A DNA stretch of 46,239 nt from the NCBI GenBank assembly GCA_031406795.1, contig JANOHV010000075.1:1-46239 (forward strand), in the 5' to 3' direction. This stretch comes from Candidatus Rokuibacteriota bacterium. Its GTDB lineage: Bacteria > JAUVQV01 > DATDCY01. The notes under the pieces were generated by a model, which was not told where the DNA came from, did no database searches, and saw only the letters and a program-made list of their open reading frames with translations. Positions 31,885-45,189 of this stretch are shown piece after piece. Made by a program: the position numbers and the translations under genes. Each line of letters opens with the position of its first letter. Position 1 is the first letter of the stretch.

Positions 31885-32741
31885 TCCCTCTCGTTGCGGG
31901 AAGGCGCAGTCTGGCCCCCCTGCTGGGCGATGCGCTCGCGGGCACGGCCGATGCGCTGGTCGACCAGACCCGGGTTGGGGTAGGTCGAGCGCACGCGTTC
32001 GAATTGCGCAAGCGCGCCAGGCAGGTCGCCGGCCTCCTCGAGCGAGGTGGCGATGCCGAACCCGGCCTCGGCGGCGAGCGCCGGATCGCGGGACTCCCGC
32101 TGCGCCTGCTGGTAGAGCTTCACGGCCTGGCCGAAGCGTCCGGTGACGTACCAGGCGTTGGCGATGCCCGCCAGCGCCTGGGGCTTGAGCGCGCTCTCGG
32201 GGTAGCGCTCCAGCAGCAACTCATACTCGGCGCGCGCCTGGTCATAGTCCCCGAGCGCGAATGAGCAACGCGCGACGGCGAACTGCGCCGCGTCGTTGCC
32301 CTCGCCGCGCGGATCGAGGCCGATCATCCGCTGGTACTCGACGATGGCCTGGCGGCAATCTCCCTGGCGCATTTCGAAGATCTCCCCGAGCAGCTGCTGC
32401 GCCCGCCGCGCCCAGGCTCCGGAGCCCTCCCGCCGTGCCAACGCGCGCAACACGACGACCGCCTCGCGCGGGTCGTTGAGGAACAGGTAGCTGGCGCGTC
32501 CGAGCCGGAAGAGCGCCTCCGGGGCGAGCCGGTGATCGGGATAGCGCTCGGTGAGCTCGCGAAAAAGGGCCGCCGAGCTGCGATAATCCCCCCGATCCCA
32601 CGCCGCCTCCGCGTTGCCGAACGCCCGCCGGGCGCCCCAGTGGTCGCGCGCCGTCGTGACGAGCACGGCGGCGAGCACCCCGACGGCCAGGCTGCCGGCG
32701 AGCCAGCGCGCCCATCGCGACGCGATCAGCGAGCGTGGCAT
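31881..32741 (-). CDS. Tetratricopeptide repeat protein with N-terminal membrane anchor/signal
   Basis: Repeated YP.S..A..A helix pairs and a hydrophobic N-terminus. Confidence 0.85.
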   Translation of the reverse strand: MPRSLIASRWARWLAGSLAVGVLAAVLVTTARDHWGARRAFGNAEAAWDRGDYRSSAALFRELTERYPDHRLAPEALFRLGRASYLFLNDPREAVVVLRALARREGSGAWARRAQQLLGEIFEMRQGDCRQAIVEYQRMIGLDPRGEGNDAAQFAVARCSFALGDYDQARAEYELLLERYPESALKPQALAGIANAWYVTGRFGQAVKLYQQAQRESRDPALAAEAGFGIATSLEEAGDLPGALAQFERVRSTYPNPGLVDQRIGRARERIAQQGGQTAPSRNERE

Positions 32742-32758
32742 GCGTCAGCTCCGCGCCG

Positions 32759-35220
<2,462 letters not shown>

Positions 35221-35235
35221 TCTCGTCACTTTCTC

Positions 35236-35297
35236 GGGAGGGGGTGAACCCCTCCCCTACACAAGGGTTGTCGTAGGGGCGGGGTTCATCCCCGCCC
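35236..35297. repeat. GTAG-type REP doublet
   Basis: GTAGGGGCGGGGTTCATCCCCGCCC (35273-35297) and inverted GTAGGGGAGGGGTTCACCCCCTCCC (35260-35236). Confidence 0.85.
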
Positions 35298-35305
35298 GTG
35301 CGAAA

Positions 35306-38000
<2,695 letters not shown>

Positions 38001-38012
38001 CGGCGTCAGGCC

Positions 38013-39134
38013 CTAGAGCCGCATCGGCATCACGACACAGCGGTAGCCGTCGTCACCCAGGGGCCGCACGAGCGTGGGGCTCAGGATCTCGTTCATCTCG
38101 ATGATGACCTTCTCCTGCTCGATGACGGCGAAAACATCCTGCACATACCGGCCGTTCAGACCCAGTTCGATGTCGCCGCCGGTGAACTCGATTTCGACAT
38201 CCTCCGTGGCCTCGCCCAACTCCGGGTTGACGGCGGTCACGGCGACTTTGTCCGCCGAAAAACCAAAGCGCAGCAGGTTCACCCGGTCGGCGGTCACGGT
38301 GGAAACGCGGCGCACCGCGCGATAGAACGATTCGCGCTCGACGATGGCGACCCGGGTGCCCCCCGTCGGGATCACCTGGTGATAGTCGGGGAACTGCCCG
38401 TCCACCAGCCTCGTCACCAGCAGGCTCGCCCCGATGCTGATAAAGAGCCGGTTTTCCTGGAAGGACATTTCGACCGCCGAACCGATGTTCTCCTCGCCGA
38501 TGAGCTTGCGCACCTCGGCGATCGCCTTGCGCGGCACGATGACTCCGCGATTCCCGACGACCGCGGCCCGGCAGCGACGCTGGATGAAGGCCAGCCGGTG
38601 ACCGTCCGTGGCGATCAGCCGCAGATCGGCCTCGTCGCCGCTGACGGGCGCCACCTCGAGAAGAATGCCGTTGAGCGCCTGCCTCGTCTGATCGTGGGAC
38701 ATGGCAAAGGCGGTCTTCTCGATGGCTTCGGCGAGAAGCGCCGGGGGAATCTCGATCTTCTCTCCCTCCTGCCCGATCGGCAGGGCGGGAAAGTCGTCCT
38801 TCGGCAGACTCATCACCTTGAATCTGGCCCGGCCCATTTCGATCCGTAACCACCCCTTGTCGCCGTCGATCAGCCGGACATCGCCATCGGGCAACTCGCG
38901 CACGATCTCGAAGAGCTTCTTCGCCGGGGCGGTGACCACCCCCTCCTTGGCGATCTGCACCGGGTAGCGGCTGCGCAGGAAGATCTCCAGGTCCGTCGCC
39001 GACACGGCCAGTTCGGAACCGTGGGCTTCGAGCAGAACGCTCGAGAGAATCGGGACGGTGTTCTTCTTCTCGACGATCCCCTGGACCCGTGCGAGAGCAT
39101 TCGCGAGATCAGCCTTGGTGATGGTGATGTCCAT
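38013..39134 (-). CDS. dnaN: DNA polymerase III beta clamp
   Basis: ATDLE, ATDGHRLA, GQFPDY and VVMPMRL motifs. Confidence 0.98.
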   Translation of the reverse strand: MDITITKADLANALARVQGIVEKKNTVPILSSVLLEAHGSELAVSATDLEIFLRSRYPVQIAKEGVVTAPAKKLFEIVRELPDGDVRLIDGDKGWLRIEMGRARFKVMSLPKDDFPALPIGQEGEKIEIPPALLAEAIEKTAFAMSHDQTRQALNGILLEVAPVSGDEADLRLIATDGHRLAFIQRRCRAAVVGNRGVIVPRKAIAEVRKLIGEENIGSAVEMSFQENRLFISIGASLLVTRLVDGQFPDYHQVIPTGGTRVAIVERESFYRAVRRVSTVTADRVNLLRFGFSADKVAVTAVNPELGEATEDVEIEFTGGDIELGLNGRYVQDVFAVIEQEKVIIEMNEILSPTLVRPLGDDGYRCVVMPMRL

Positions 39135-39139
39135 GAGGT

Positions 39140-39363
39140 GTTTCCCCCCGTTCTTTACTAGTTGTTCGAACTATTAAAGAAAAACAACGTCGTTGTACTA
39201 GTACCTGTTGGAGCGGTGGAGAAAGAGAAAAAACCGAAGCGCAATCCGCGGTTGCCGACCGGGCAATGCTGTGGAGGAAGGAGGAAGTTATCCACGCTTT
39301 TGTGTTGCCGGAGGTTTCCACACGAAGCTGGGCCGCTGTCCACAGGAACAGTGTTGAAAGATC
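39140..39363 (-). other. oriC: Replication origin oriC (dnaA-dnaN intergenic region)
   Basis: DnaA-box-like TTATCCACG 39288, GTTTCCACA 39314 and CTGTCCACA 39336. Tandem boxes at 39206-39223 followed by GG, trio-like TAC TAG TAC AAC GAC and an AT-rich tract. Confidence 0.85.
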
Positions 39364-40701
39364 TCACGCCTGTATCCTCCGTGTGATCGTGTCGATCGTG
39401 TTCTGGACTTCGACGCTGGTCTTCTTCTTCTCGGCGATGATGTTCAGCGAGTGGATCACCGTCGAGTGGTCGCGGCCCCCGAACATCTTGCCGATCACCG
39501 GCAGCGAGGAGGAGGTCAACTGGCGGCACAGGTGCATCGCGAGCTGGCGCGGGTAGACCAGGTTCTGCGTGCGGCGCTTGGAGATCAGGTCGGAGAGCTT
39601 GATCCCGAAGTAGGTGGCGACCTCGCGCTTGATCTCGTCGATCGTGATCGTCTTCTCGCTGGCCGCGAGCATGTCCTTGAGGGTCTCGCGGGCGAACTCG
39701 ATCGTGATCTCGCGGTTGCCGAGCGAAGAGTACGCCCCGAGACGGACCAGGGCGCCCTCCAACTCGCGGATGTGCGACTTGATGGAACTGGCGACGAAGA
39801 GCGCCACTTCGTCGGGAATGGCGATCCCGTTCTGTTCGGCCTTCTTGCGCAGGATCGCGATCTTGGTCTCCAGGTCGGGCATCTGGATGTCGGCGATCAG
39901 GCCCCACTCGAAGCGCGATCGCAGCCGCTCCTCGAGATCCGGGATGTCGCGCGGCACCTTGTCCGAAGTGAGCACGATCTGCTTGTGCGACTCGTGGATC
40001 GAGTTGAAGGTGTGGAAGAACTCCTCCTGGGTCTTTTCCTTGCCCGCGATGAACTGGATATCGTCGATGAGCAGCAGTTCCATGTTCCGGTAGCGGTTGC
40101 GAAACGCCGACATGCGGTCGTAGCGGATGGATTGGATCAACTCGTTGATGAACGTCTCGGCGGTCAGGTACATGATGCGGGCGCCCGGGTTGCGCTCCAG
40201 GAATCGGTGCCCGATCGCATGCAGCAGATGGGTCTTGCCGAGACCGACGCCGCCGTAGAGAAAGAGCGGGTTGTAGGTCTTGGAGTGCCCGTCGGCAACG
40301 GCGAGGCTCGCCGCGTGCGCCATCTGGTTGCTGGAGCCCACGACGAACGTGTCGAAGGAATACTTGTTGTTGAGGACCGTGCCGCCGTGATGGATCGTCC
40401 GCGTGAAGGGCAGGTCATCCTGGCGCGGGCGCTCTTCCTCTGCCTTGCGCTCCGCCGGCTGGAAGACGACGGTGCACTCGCGCCCCGCGATCGCGGAGGC
40501 CGTCTCGCGGATCAGCACCTGGAAGTTCTCATTGAGCCAGTCCTTGAAGAATTTGCTGGGCACCGAAACGACGAGCGTCCCCTCGGAGAAGCGCTCCTGG
40601 AGCGTCGGGGAGAACCACGTCGAGAAGCTCTGTTCGTTGACGTGCGAGCGCACGCGCTCCTTGACCTGATCCCAGAGATCGAGAGGCTCCTGCGTGCTCA
40701 T
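39364..40701 (-). CDS. dnaA: Chromosomal replication initiator DnaA
   Basis: YNPLFLYGGVGLGKTHL, DDIQF, RLRSRFEWGL and GGRDHSTV motifs. Confidence 0.99.
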   Translation of the reverse strand: MSTQEPLDLWDQVKERVRSHVNEQSFSTWFSPTLQERFSEGTLVVSVPSKFFKDWLNENFQVLIRETASAIAGRECTVVFQPAERKAEEERPRQDDLPFTRTIHHGGTVLNNKYSFDTFVVGSSNQMAHAASLAVADGHSKTYNPLFLYGGVGLGKTHLLHAIGHRFLERNPGARIMYLTAETFINELIQSIRYDRMSAFRNRYRNMELLLIDDIQFIAGKEKTQEEFFHTFNSIHESHKQIVLTSDKVPRDIPDLEERLRSRFEWGLIADIQMPDLETKIAILRKKAEQNGIAIPDEVALFVASSIKSHIRELEGALVRLGAYSSLGNREITIEFARETLKDMLAASEKTITIDEIKREVATYFGIKLSDLISKRRTQNLVYPRQLAMHLCRQLTSSSLPVIGKMFGGRDHSTVIHSLNIIAEKKKTSVEVQNTIDTITRRIQA

Positions 40702-40781
40702 GCCACCGTGGGAATATTCTTGAAAAGAATCAAGCTAACCTCTCGCCGGACAAGCAAAATCTGCCCCTGAAACGCCACGAA

Positions 40782-40814
40782 TTACACACAGTCTTTTCAA
40801 CATCTGTTGAGAAT
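40782..40814. promoter_or_regulatory. Degenerate DnaA boxes upstream of dnaA
   Basis: TTACACACA 40782, TTTTCAACA 40794 and TGTTGAGAA 40806. Confidence 0.55.
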
Positions 40815-40903
40815 CGCAAAAAGCCGTGTGTCTTCAGCAAGTTAGAGCAATTCGTCACGGCTGGTTCGGCAGCGTTTCCGCCCCAGATCCGCTCATGGCG
40901 CCG

Positions 40904-40932
40904 ATGATAGCGCAGCAGGCCGCGAAAGACAA
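40904..40932 (-). promoter_or_regulatory. Putative dnaA promoter
   Basis: TTGTCT-17-TATCAT. Confidence 0.55.
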
Positions 40933-41040
40933 GGGCCTTCTGTGATTTCCCCGCGCTCCCGAGGGACGGCTTGACGCGGCGGCGGCGGCTGTGGTTAGAT
41001 GCCGCGACCGGCGCCAGACATCCAGACGCAGAGGGGCGAA

Positions 41041-41664
41041 ATGTACGAGCGGATCGACGAGTCGCGGCTGGACATCCTTCGCGAAATCTGCTCCATCGGT
41101 GCCGGCCACGCCGCGACCGCCCTCTCCCAGCTGACCGGCCGCCGCATCGATCTGGAAGTACCAAGAGTGCTCTTCACGAAGGTCCAGGAGGTTCCGCGAA
41201 TCGCCGGCGGCGCCGAGACCGTCGTCGACGGGCTGTACTTCCGCATCCTCGGGGACGCCAGCGGGGTGATCCTGATGATCTTCCCCGAGGAGAGCGGGCG
41301 CGAGATCGTGCGTCTGGTGCTCGGGAGCCAGCAGGCGCAACCCGAGGATGCGCTGAGCGTGTCGGCGATGCGCGAGATCGGCAACATCCTCACGTCGGCC
41401 TTCCTCTCGGCGATCGGCCAGCTGGCCGGGCTCTCGCTGATCCCCTCGGTGCCCGGGTACGCGCGCGACATGGCGGGGTCGATCCTCGATCTCGTGCTCA
41501 TCGAGCTCTCGCGCCTCGAGGACACGGCGCTGGTGATCGAGACCGTGTTCCGGGAGGCCGGCGAGGGGATCCGCGGCCACTTCTTCCTGCTGCCCGACCC
41601 CCACACCCTCGAGGCCACGCTGAAGGCCGCCGAGCGGGCCGGCTCGCCGCGAGGGCCGGCTTGA
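41041..41664 (+). CDS. cheC: Chemotaxis phosphatase CheC
   Basis: DILREICSIGAGHAATALSQL, SAMREIGNIL and DMAGSIL motifs. Confidence 0.93.
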   Translation: MYERIDESRLDILREICSIGAGHAATALSQLTGRRIDLEVPRVLFTKVQEVPRIAGGAETVVDGLYFRILGDASGVILMIFPEESGREIVRLVLGSQQAQPEDALSVSAMREIGNILTSAFLSAIGQLAGLSLIPSVPGYARDMAGSILDLVLIELSRLEDTALVIETVFREAGEGIRGHFFLLPDPHTLEATLKAAERAGSPRGPA

Positions 41665-42149
41665 GCAGGATCGCGGTCGGGATCGCCGAACTGCGCACCG
41701 GCGGTCCGGGGGAGGTGCTCGCCGCGGTCGGCCTCGGCTCCTGCGTCGCCGTCGCCATTCGCGACCGCACCCGACTTCGCGGTTCGCTGGCGCACATCAT
41801 GCTCCCGCAGCAGAGCGACGGCCTGCGCCGCCCCGGCGAAAACATGCACAAGTACGCCGACATCGCGGTGCCCGAGGCGATCCGGGCGCTCGAATACATC
41901 GGCTGCCGCCGCGCCGACATGGAGGCGAAGATCGCCGGCGGCGCGAGCATTTTCGATCTCGGGCGGGGCGTCGAGGGCGGGGACATCGGCAGACGCAACG
42001 TCGAGGCGGTGATCCGCGCGCTCGAAGAGCAGGGCATCCCGATGCTGGGCTCGGACGTCGGCGGTCGCGAGGGCCGGACCGTCGAGTTCTCGATCGACAC
42101 GGGAGAGCTGGCGATCAAGACCGTCCGCGGCGCCCGCCGCACGGTGTGA
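41661..42149 (+). CDS. cheD: Chemoreceptor glutamine deamidase CheD
   Basis: VGIAE, GLGSCVAV, AHIMLP, KYAD, AKIAGGA and DVGG..GRTV motifs; TTG start overlaps the cheC stop. Confidence 0.93.
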   Translation: MSRIAVGIAELRTGGPGEVLAAVGLGSCVAVAIRDRTRLRGSLAHIMLPQQSDGLRRPGENMHKYADIAVPEAIRALEYIGCRRADMEAKIAGGASIFDLGRGVEGGDIGRRNVEAVIRALEEQGIPMLGSDVGGREGRTVEFSIDTGELAIKTVRGARRTV

Positions 42150-42150
42150 C

Positions 42151-42177
42151 GGCCGCTGAAAAGGGCCCAGCTGCGGC
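42151..42177. repeat. Isolated end of the MITE-like element
   Basis: GGCCGCTGAAAAGGGCCCAGCTGCGGC is 24/27 identical to the reverse complement of 16779-16805. Confidence 0.65.
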
Positions 42178-42180
42178 CAA

Positions 42181-43449
42181 TTAGCCATCCGCCGGGCTTC
42201 TCACCATCAACCCCGGCCGGTTGAGCACGTGCGTGTAGATCATCGTCGTCGAGACATCCGAGTGCCCGAGCAGTTCCTGCACAGTGCGGATGTCCGCGCC
42301 GGATTCGAGCAGATGGGTCGCGAACGAGTGGCGCAGCGTGTGGCAACTCGCGCGTTTGGCGATCCCGGCGCGAGTCACGGCGGCCTTCACGGCCTTTTGC
42401 AGGACGCTCTCGTCCACGTGGTGCCGGCGAGTTCTTCCGGTTCCCGGCTCAATGCAGAGGCGTGCTGCTGGAAAGACATACTGCCAGGGCCATTCTCTCG
42501 GGGCTCCGGGGTACTTGCGTTCCAGGGCGGGCGGGAAGGTCGTGCCGAAGAACCCGGCCTCGCTATCGAGCCTCCAGAGGGCGCGGATCCGCTCCAGATG
42601 CTGGACAACCGCCTCCCGGTAGCGCTCGGGCAGTACCGACAGGCGGTCCTTGCGGCCCTTGCCCTCGCGCACCGTAATCTGCCGGCGCTCCAGGTCGAGA
42701 TCCTTGACCCTCAGAGTAATCAGCTCCTGCAGCCGCAGACCGGATCCGTACAGCAGGCTCGCCATCAGGGCGGTGTCCCCATTCATGGCCGCAAGGAGAC
42801 GCGAGATTTCGGCCCGGGTCAGCACAACGGGGATGAAGCGCGGTCGCTTGGATTTCTGGAAATCCCCCAGATCGCCGAGTTCCCTGCCCAGGGCCTGTTT
42901 GAACCAGAACACCAGAGCGTTGAGAGCCTGAGCCTGCGTCGATGCCGATACCATCCCGGCGACGACAAGCTGCTCCAGAAAAGCCCTGACGAGTGCGGCG
43001 TCGGATCCGACGGTCGGTCGGGCTTTGCGGAAAGCCACGAAGCGGCGAACCCACTGAGCGTACGACTCCTCGGTTCTGCGGGAGTAGCCCCGCGCACGAC
43101 AAGCGGCCCGCAATGGGTCAAGATCGCCATCAACCGTGCGCCCAGGGGGAGCATCCTCAACCACCTCCCAACGCTTGCCATACACTGCGGTAAGCAGTAA
43201 CCTCAACGAATAATACGCACTGCGGATTTTCCAGTCCTCGGCGCCGGGCGTGGATCGGAGGGTTGTCGTGAACGACTCCACATCTTCTCTGACTGCCGCA
43301 GGTAGCGGTTTTCCCTCGAGAAAACCAGCAAACCGCTCGACCCAACGCACGCACCACGGCCGCAGTGTCGCCGGCACCCCGGTGATTTCAAGTGCACGAA
43401 GATACGGCGTGTACCACGAAGCATCGGCGCAGAGCTTCCCGTCATCCAT
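42181..43449 (-). CDS. intI: Integron integrase (long form with extra N-terminal domain)
   Basis: YSRRTEESY, SASTQAQALNAL, LLYGSGLR, GKGRKDR, integron-specific ALERKYP..W.WQYVFPA..RRHH, HTLRHSFATHLL and LGH..VSTTMIYTH. Confidence 0.96.
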   Translation of the reverse strand: MDDGKLCADASWYTPYLRALEITGVPATLRPWCVRWVERFAGFLEGKPLPAAVREDVESFTTTLRSTPGAEDWKIRSAYYSLRLLLTAVYGKRWEVVEDAPPGRTVDGDLDPLRAACRARGYSRRTEESYAQWVRRFVAFRKARPTVGSDAALVRAFLEQLVVAGMVSASTQAQALNALVFWFKQALGRELGDLGDFQKSKRPRFIPVVLTRAEISRLLAAMNGDTALMASLLYGSGLRLQELITLRVKDLDLERRQITVREGKGRKDRLSVLPERYREAVVQHLERIRALWRLDSEAGFFGTTFPPALERKYPGAPREWPWQYVFPAARLCIEPGTGRTRRHHVDESVLQKAVKAAVTRAGIAKRASCHTLRHSFATHLLESGADIRTVQELLGHSDVSTTMIYTHVLNRPGLMVRSPADG

Positions 43450-43509
43450 GACCCATCCTCCCGCTTGGGCGACTGGGGTAGCAAAAGCCATGCTAGGCCG
43501 CCACCGCCC

Positions 43510-43574
43510 CGACTGGATAACACGGCGGCGGGTACGACTGGATAAAGCTGCCGCCACCTAATCAACTGTTAGCC
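43510..43574 (+). other. attI: attI site
   Basis: Core GTTAGCC (43568-43574) is the complement of the first attC R'' GGCTAAC; 11-bp direct repeats CGACTGGATAA upstream. Confidence 0.8.
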
Positions 43575-43579
43575 AAGAA

Positions 43580-43897
43580 ATGGAAAAGAAACTGTTCTCC
43601 AGTTCAGTGTTCGAGTCACTGACTGACGTTGATCGTCGATCGCGATTGGATCAAATGGAACAGGAACTCAAAGCAATCATCGGTCAGTGCTCGTCACCAC
43701 AGCAATTTATCCATCGAACCAAACAATCAGTCGAAATCCTCAGGTGTATGGGACACGATCTGTGGAACGTTGACTCAGACAAAAAGACATTTGAAATCTG
43801 GGAAAGTGAATACATCCGTCCAAAACTGATGGGAAGGCTCGTCGTCGCCTTCAAGTACCCCAATCAAGTGCACGTCGAATGGTCGAGCAAATTGTAA
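43580..43897 (+). CDS. Integron cassette 1: hypothetical protein
   Basis: Lower-GC ORF filling the attI-attC1 interval. Confidence 0.8.
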   Translation: MEKKLFSSSVFESLTDVDRRSRLDQMEQELKAIIGQCSSPQQFIHRTKQSVEILRCMGHDLWNVDSDKKTFEIWESEYIRPKLMGRLVVAFKYPNQVHVEWSSKL

Positions 43898-43900
43898 AAT

Positions 43901-44027
43901 GGCTAACCAGGCGTTGTAGCCGACGGATCACGCTTGCATTTCTGCCCTTTGAGGCTAAGGTCAATGCCAGCGGCAACGTTCTAATACGGGCAGGCAAGCG
44001 CGCCCGCGGCTAAACGCTACGTTAGCT
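43901..44027 (+). other. attC: attC site 1
   Basis: GGCTAAC-CAGGCGTTGTAGCCG...CGGCTAAACGCTAC-GTTAGCT; imperfect palindrome. Confidence 0.92.
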
Positions 44028-44040
44028 TTGAAAGGATAAG

Positions 44041-44613
44041 ATGACCAAGGAGCGGAAGGCAATTCCACGGGTGATCCGGGATGGGGTGCTCAAGGAATAT
44101 CATCACTCCTGTGCGATATGCGGTGGCAAGAATCCGCATTTGCACCACATCGATGAGAATCCGAACAATAACGAACCCATGAATCTTATCCCTCTGTGCC
44201 CGAACCACCATCTTCGAGACCAACATGATCCGACGTCACCACTTGAAGCCGGAATTCTTGTCCTATTCCGGAAATTCAAGGATCCAACAGTCTTGTCACC
44301 CCAATTCTACCCACTCTACAAACGTCTCAAAGTGCTTGACACGCATATTGCCAATATCAGGGACCCAGACGTTCTCAAACAAGACCTGAAAGATCTCATA
44401 GAATTTGTGTCTACATTGGCTATGGGACAGTACTATTCGAAGAAGATTAAGGAAATCATGAAGATCTCTTCTTGGGCCACCACAACGGAAGACATATTGA
44501 ATTTCCGCTCACCACAATCTCCCCAGTACCTGTTTCGAAATGAGAGGGAACAAATCGAGGAAATGGTTGTTGAACTTCTCCGTTACCAGGGATGGGAATA
44601 CAAAGCAAGCTAA
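44041..44613 (+). CDS. Integron cassette 2: HNH endonuclease domain protein
   Basis: CAICG..HLHHID..N...NLIPLCPNHH; stop codon lies inside the attC2 R''. Confidence 0.88.
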   Translation: MTKERKAIPRVIRDGVLKEYHHSCAICGGKNPHLHHIDENPNNNEPMNLIPLCPNHHLRDQHDPTSPLEAGILVLFRKFKDPTVLSPQFYPLYKRLKVLDTHIANIRDPDVLKQDLKDLIEFVSTLAMGQYYSKKIKEIMKISSWATTTEDILNFRSPQSPQYLFRNEREQIEEMVVELLRYQGWEYKAS

Positions 44614-44704
44614 CCAGGCGTTGTAGCCGACGATCCGGTCTGTCACGGTCTGTGCAGAGCACAGCCCGCGCCATCCCGTCCCGCGGTTAAACGCAACGTT
44701 AGGC
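44608..44704 (+). other. attC: attC site 2
   Basis: AGCTAAC (complement of GTTAGCT at 44021)...CGGTTAAACGCAAC-GTTAGGC. Confidence 0.92.
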
Positions 44705-44715
44705 GGAAAAATACA

Positions 44716-45189
44716 ATGACAACAGACCGGCCCCAGTTCATCGCAATCGCGTTTGCTGGCATCGTGACCATAGCAGTCGTCTTCCGGGCACTACATGGCA
44801 TACTGAAGGCCGCCATTGCATCAACTATCCTCAATGCATGGCCTAAATACATGCCCTCTGACTTTCAACCGAGTGCCATGTTTACGGTGCTCATCAATGT
44901 GTTTGTCGATGCTATCACTGCTCTTCCAGTTGCGGTCCTTGTCGCGATCTTCGCTCGAATACTTCTCAGAAGACAGATACTGCCAGTGGCTAGCCTGTCA
45001 GCTCTTCTTATGCTTGCCCTCGATAAGAGAGTTCATCATTTCGTTCGAAATGAGTACGACGAGAACTATCTCGCCTTCGTGCTGAGTGCGGCGATCGGTC
45101 CAATAGTTCTACTCATAGCATCTTTTGTGTCAGACAAGGCCAACACTTCGAAGCAAGGAGCAGAGAAAATGCCTAACCAGGCGTTGTAG
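44716..45189 (+). CDS. Integron cassette 3: hypothetical membrane protein (~4 TM)
   Basis: Four hydrophobic stretches; fills the attC2-attC3 interval. Confidence 0.8.
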   Translation: MTTDRPQFIAIAFAGIVTIAVVFRALHGILKAAIASTILNAWPKYMPSDFQPSAMFTVLINVFVDAITALPVAVLVAIFARILLRRQILPVASLSALLMLALDKRVHHFVRNEYDENYLAFVLSAAIGPIVLLIASFVSDKANTSKQGAEKMPNQAL

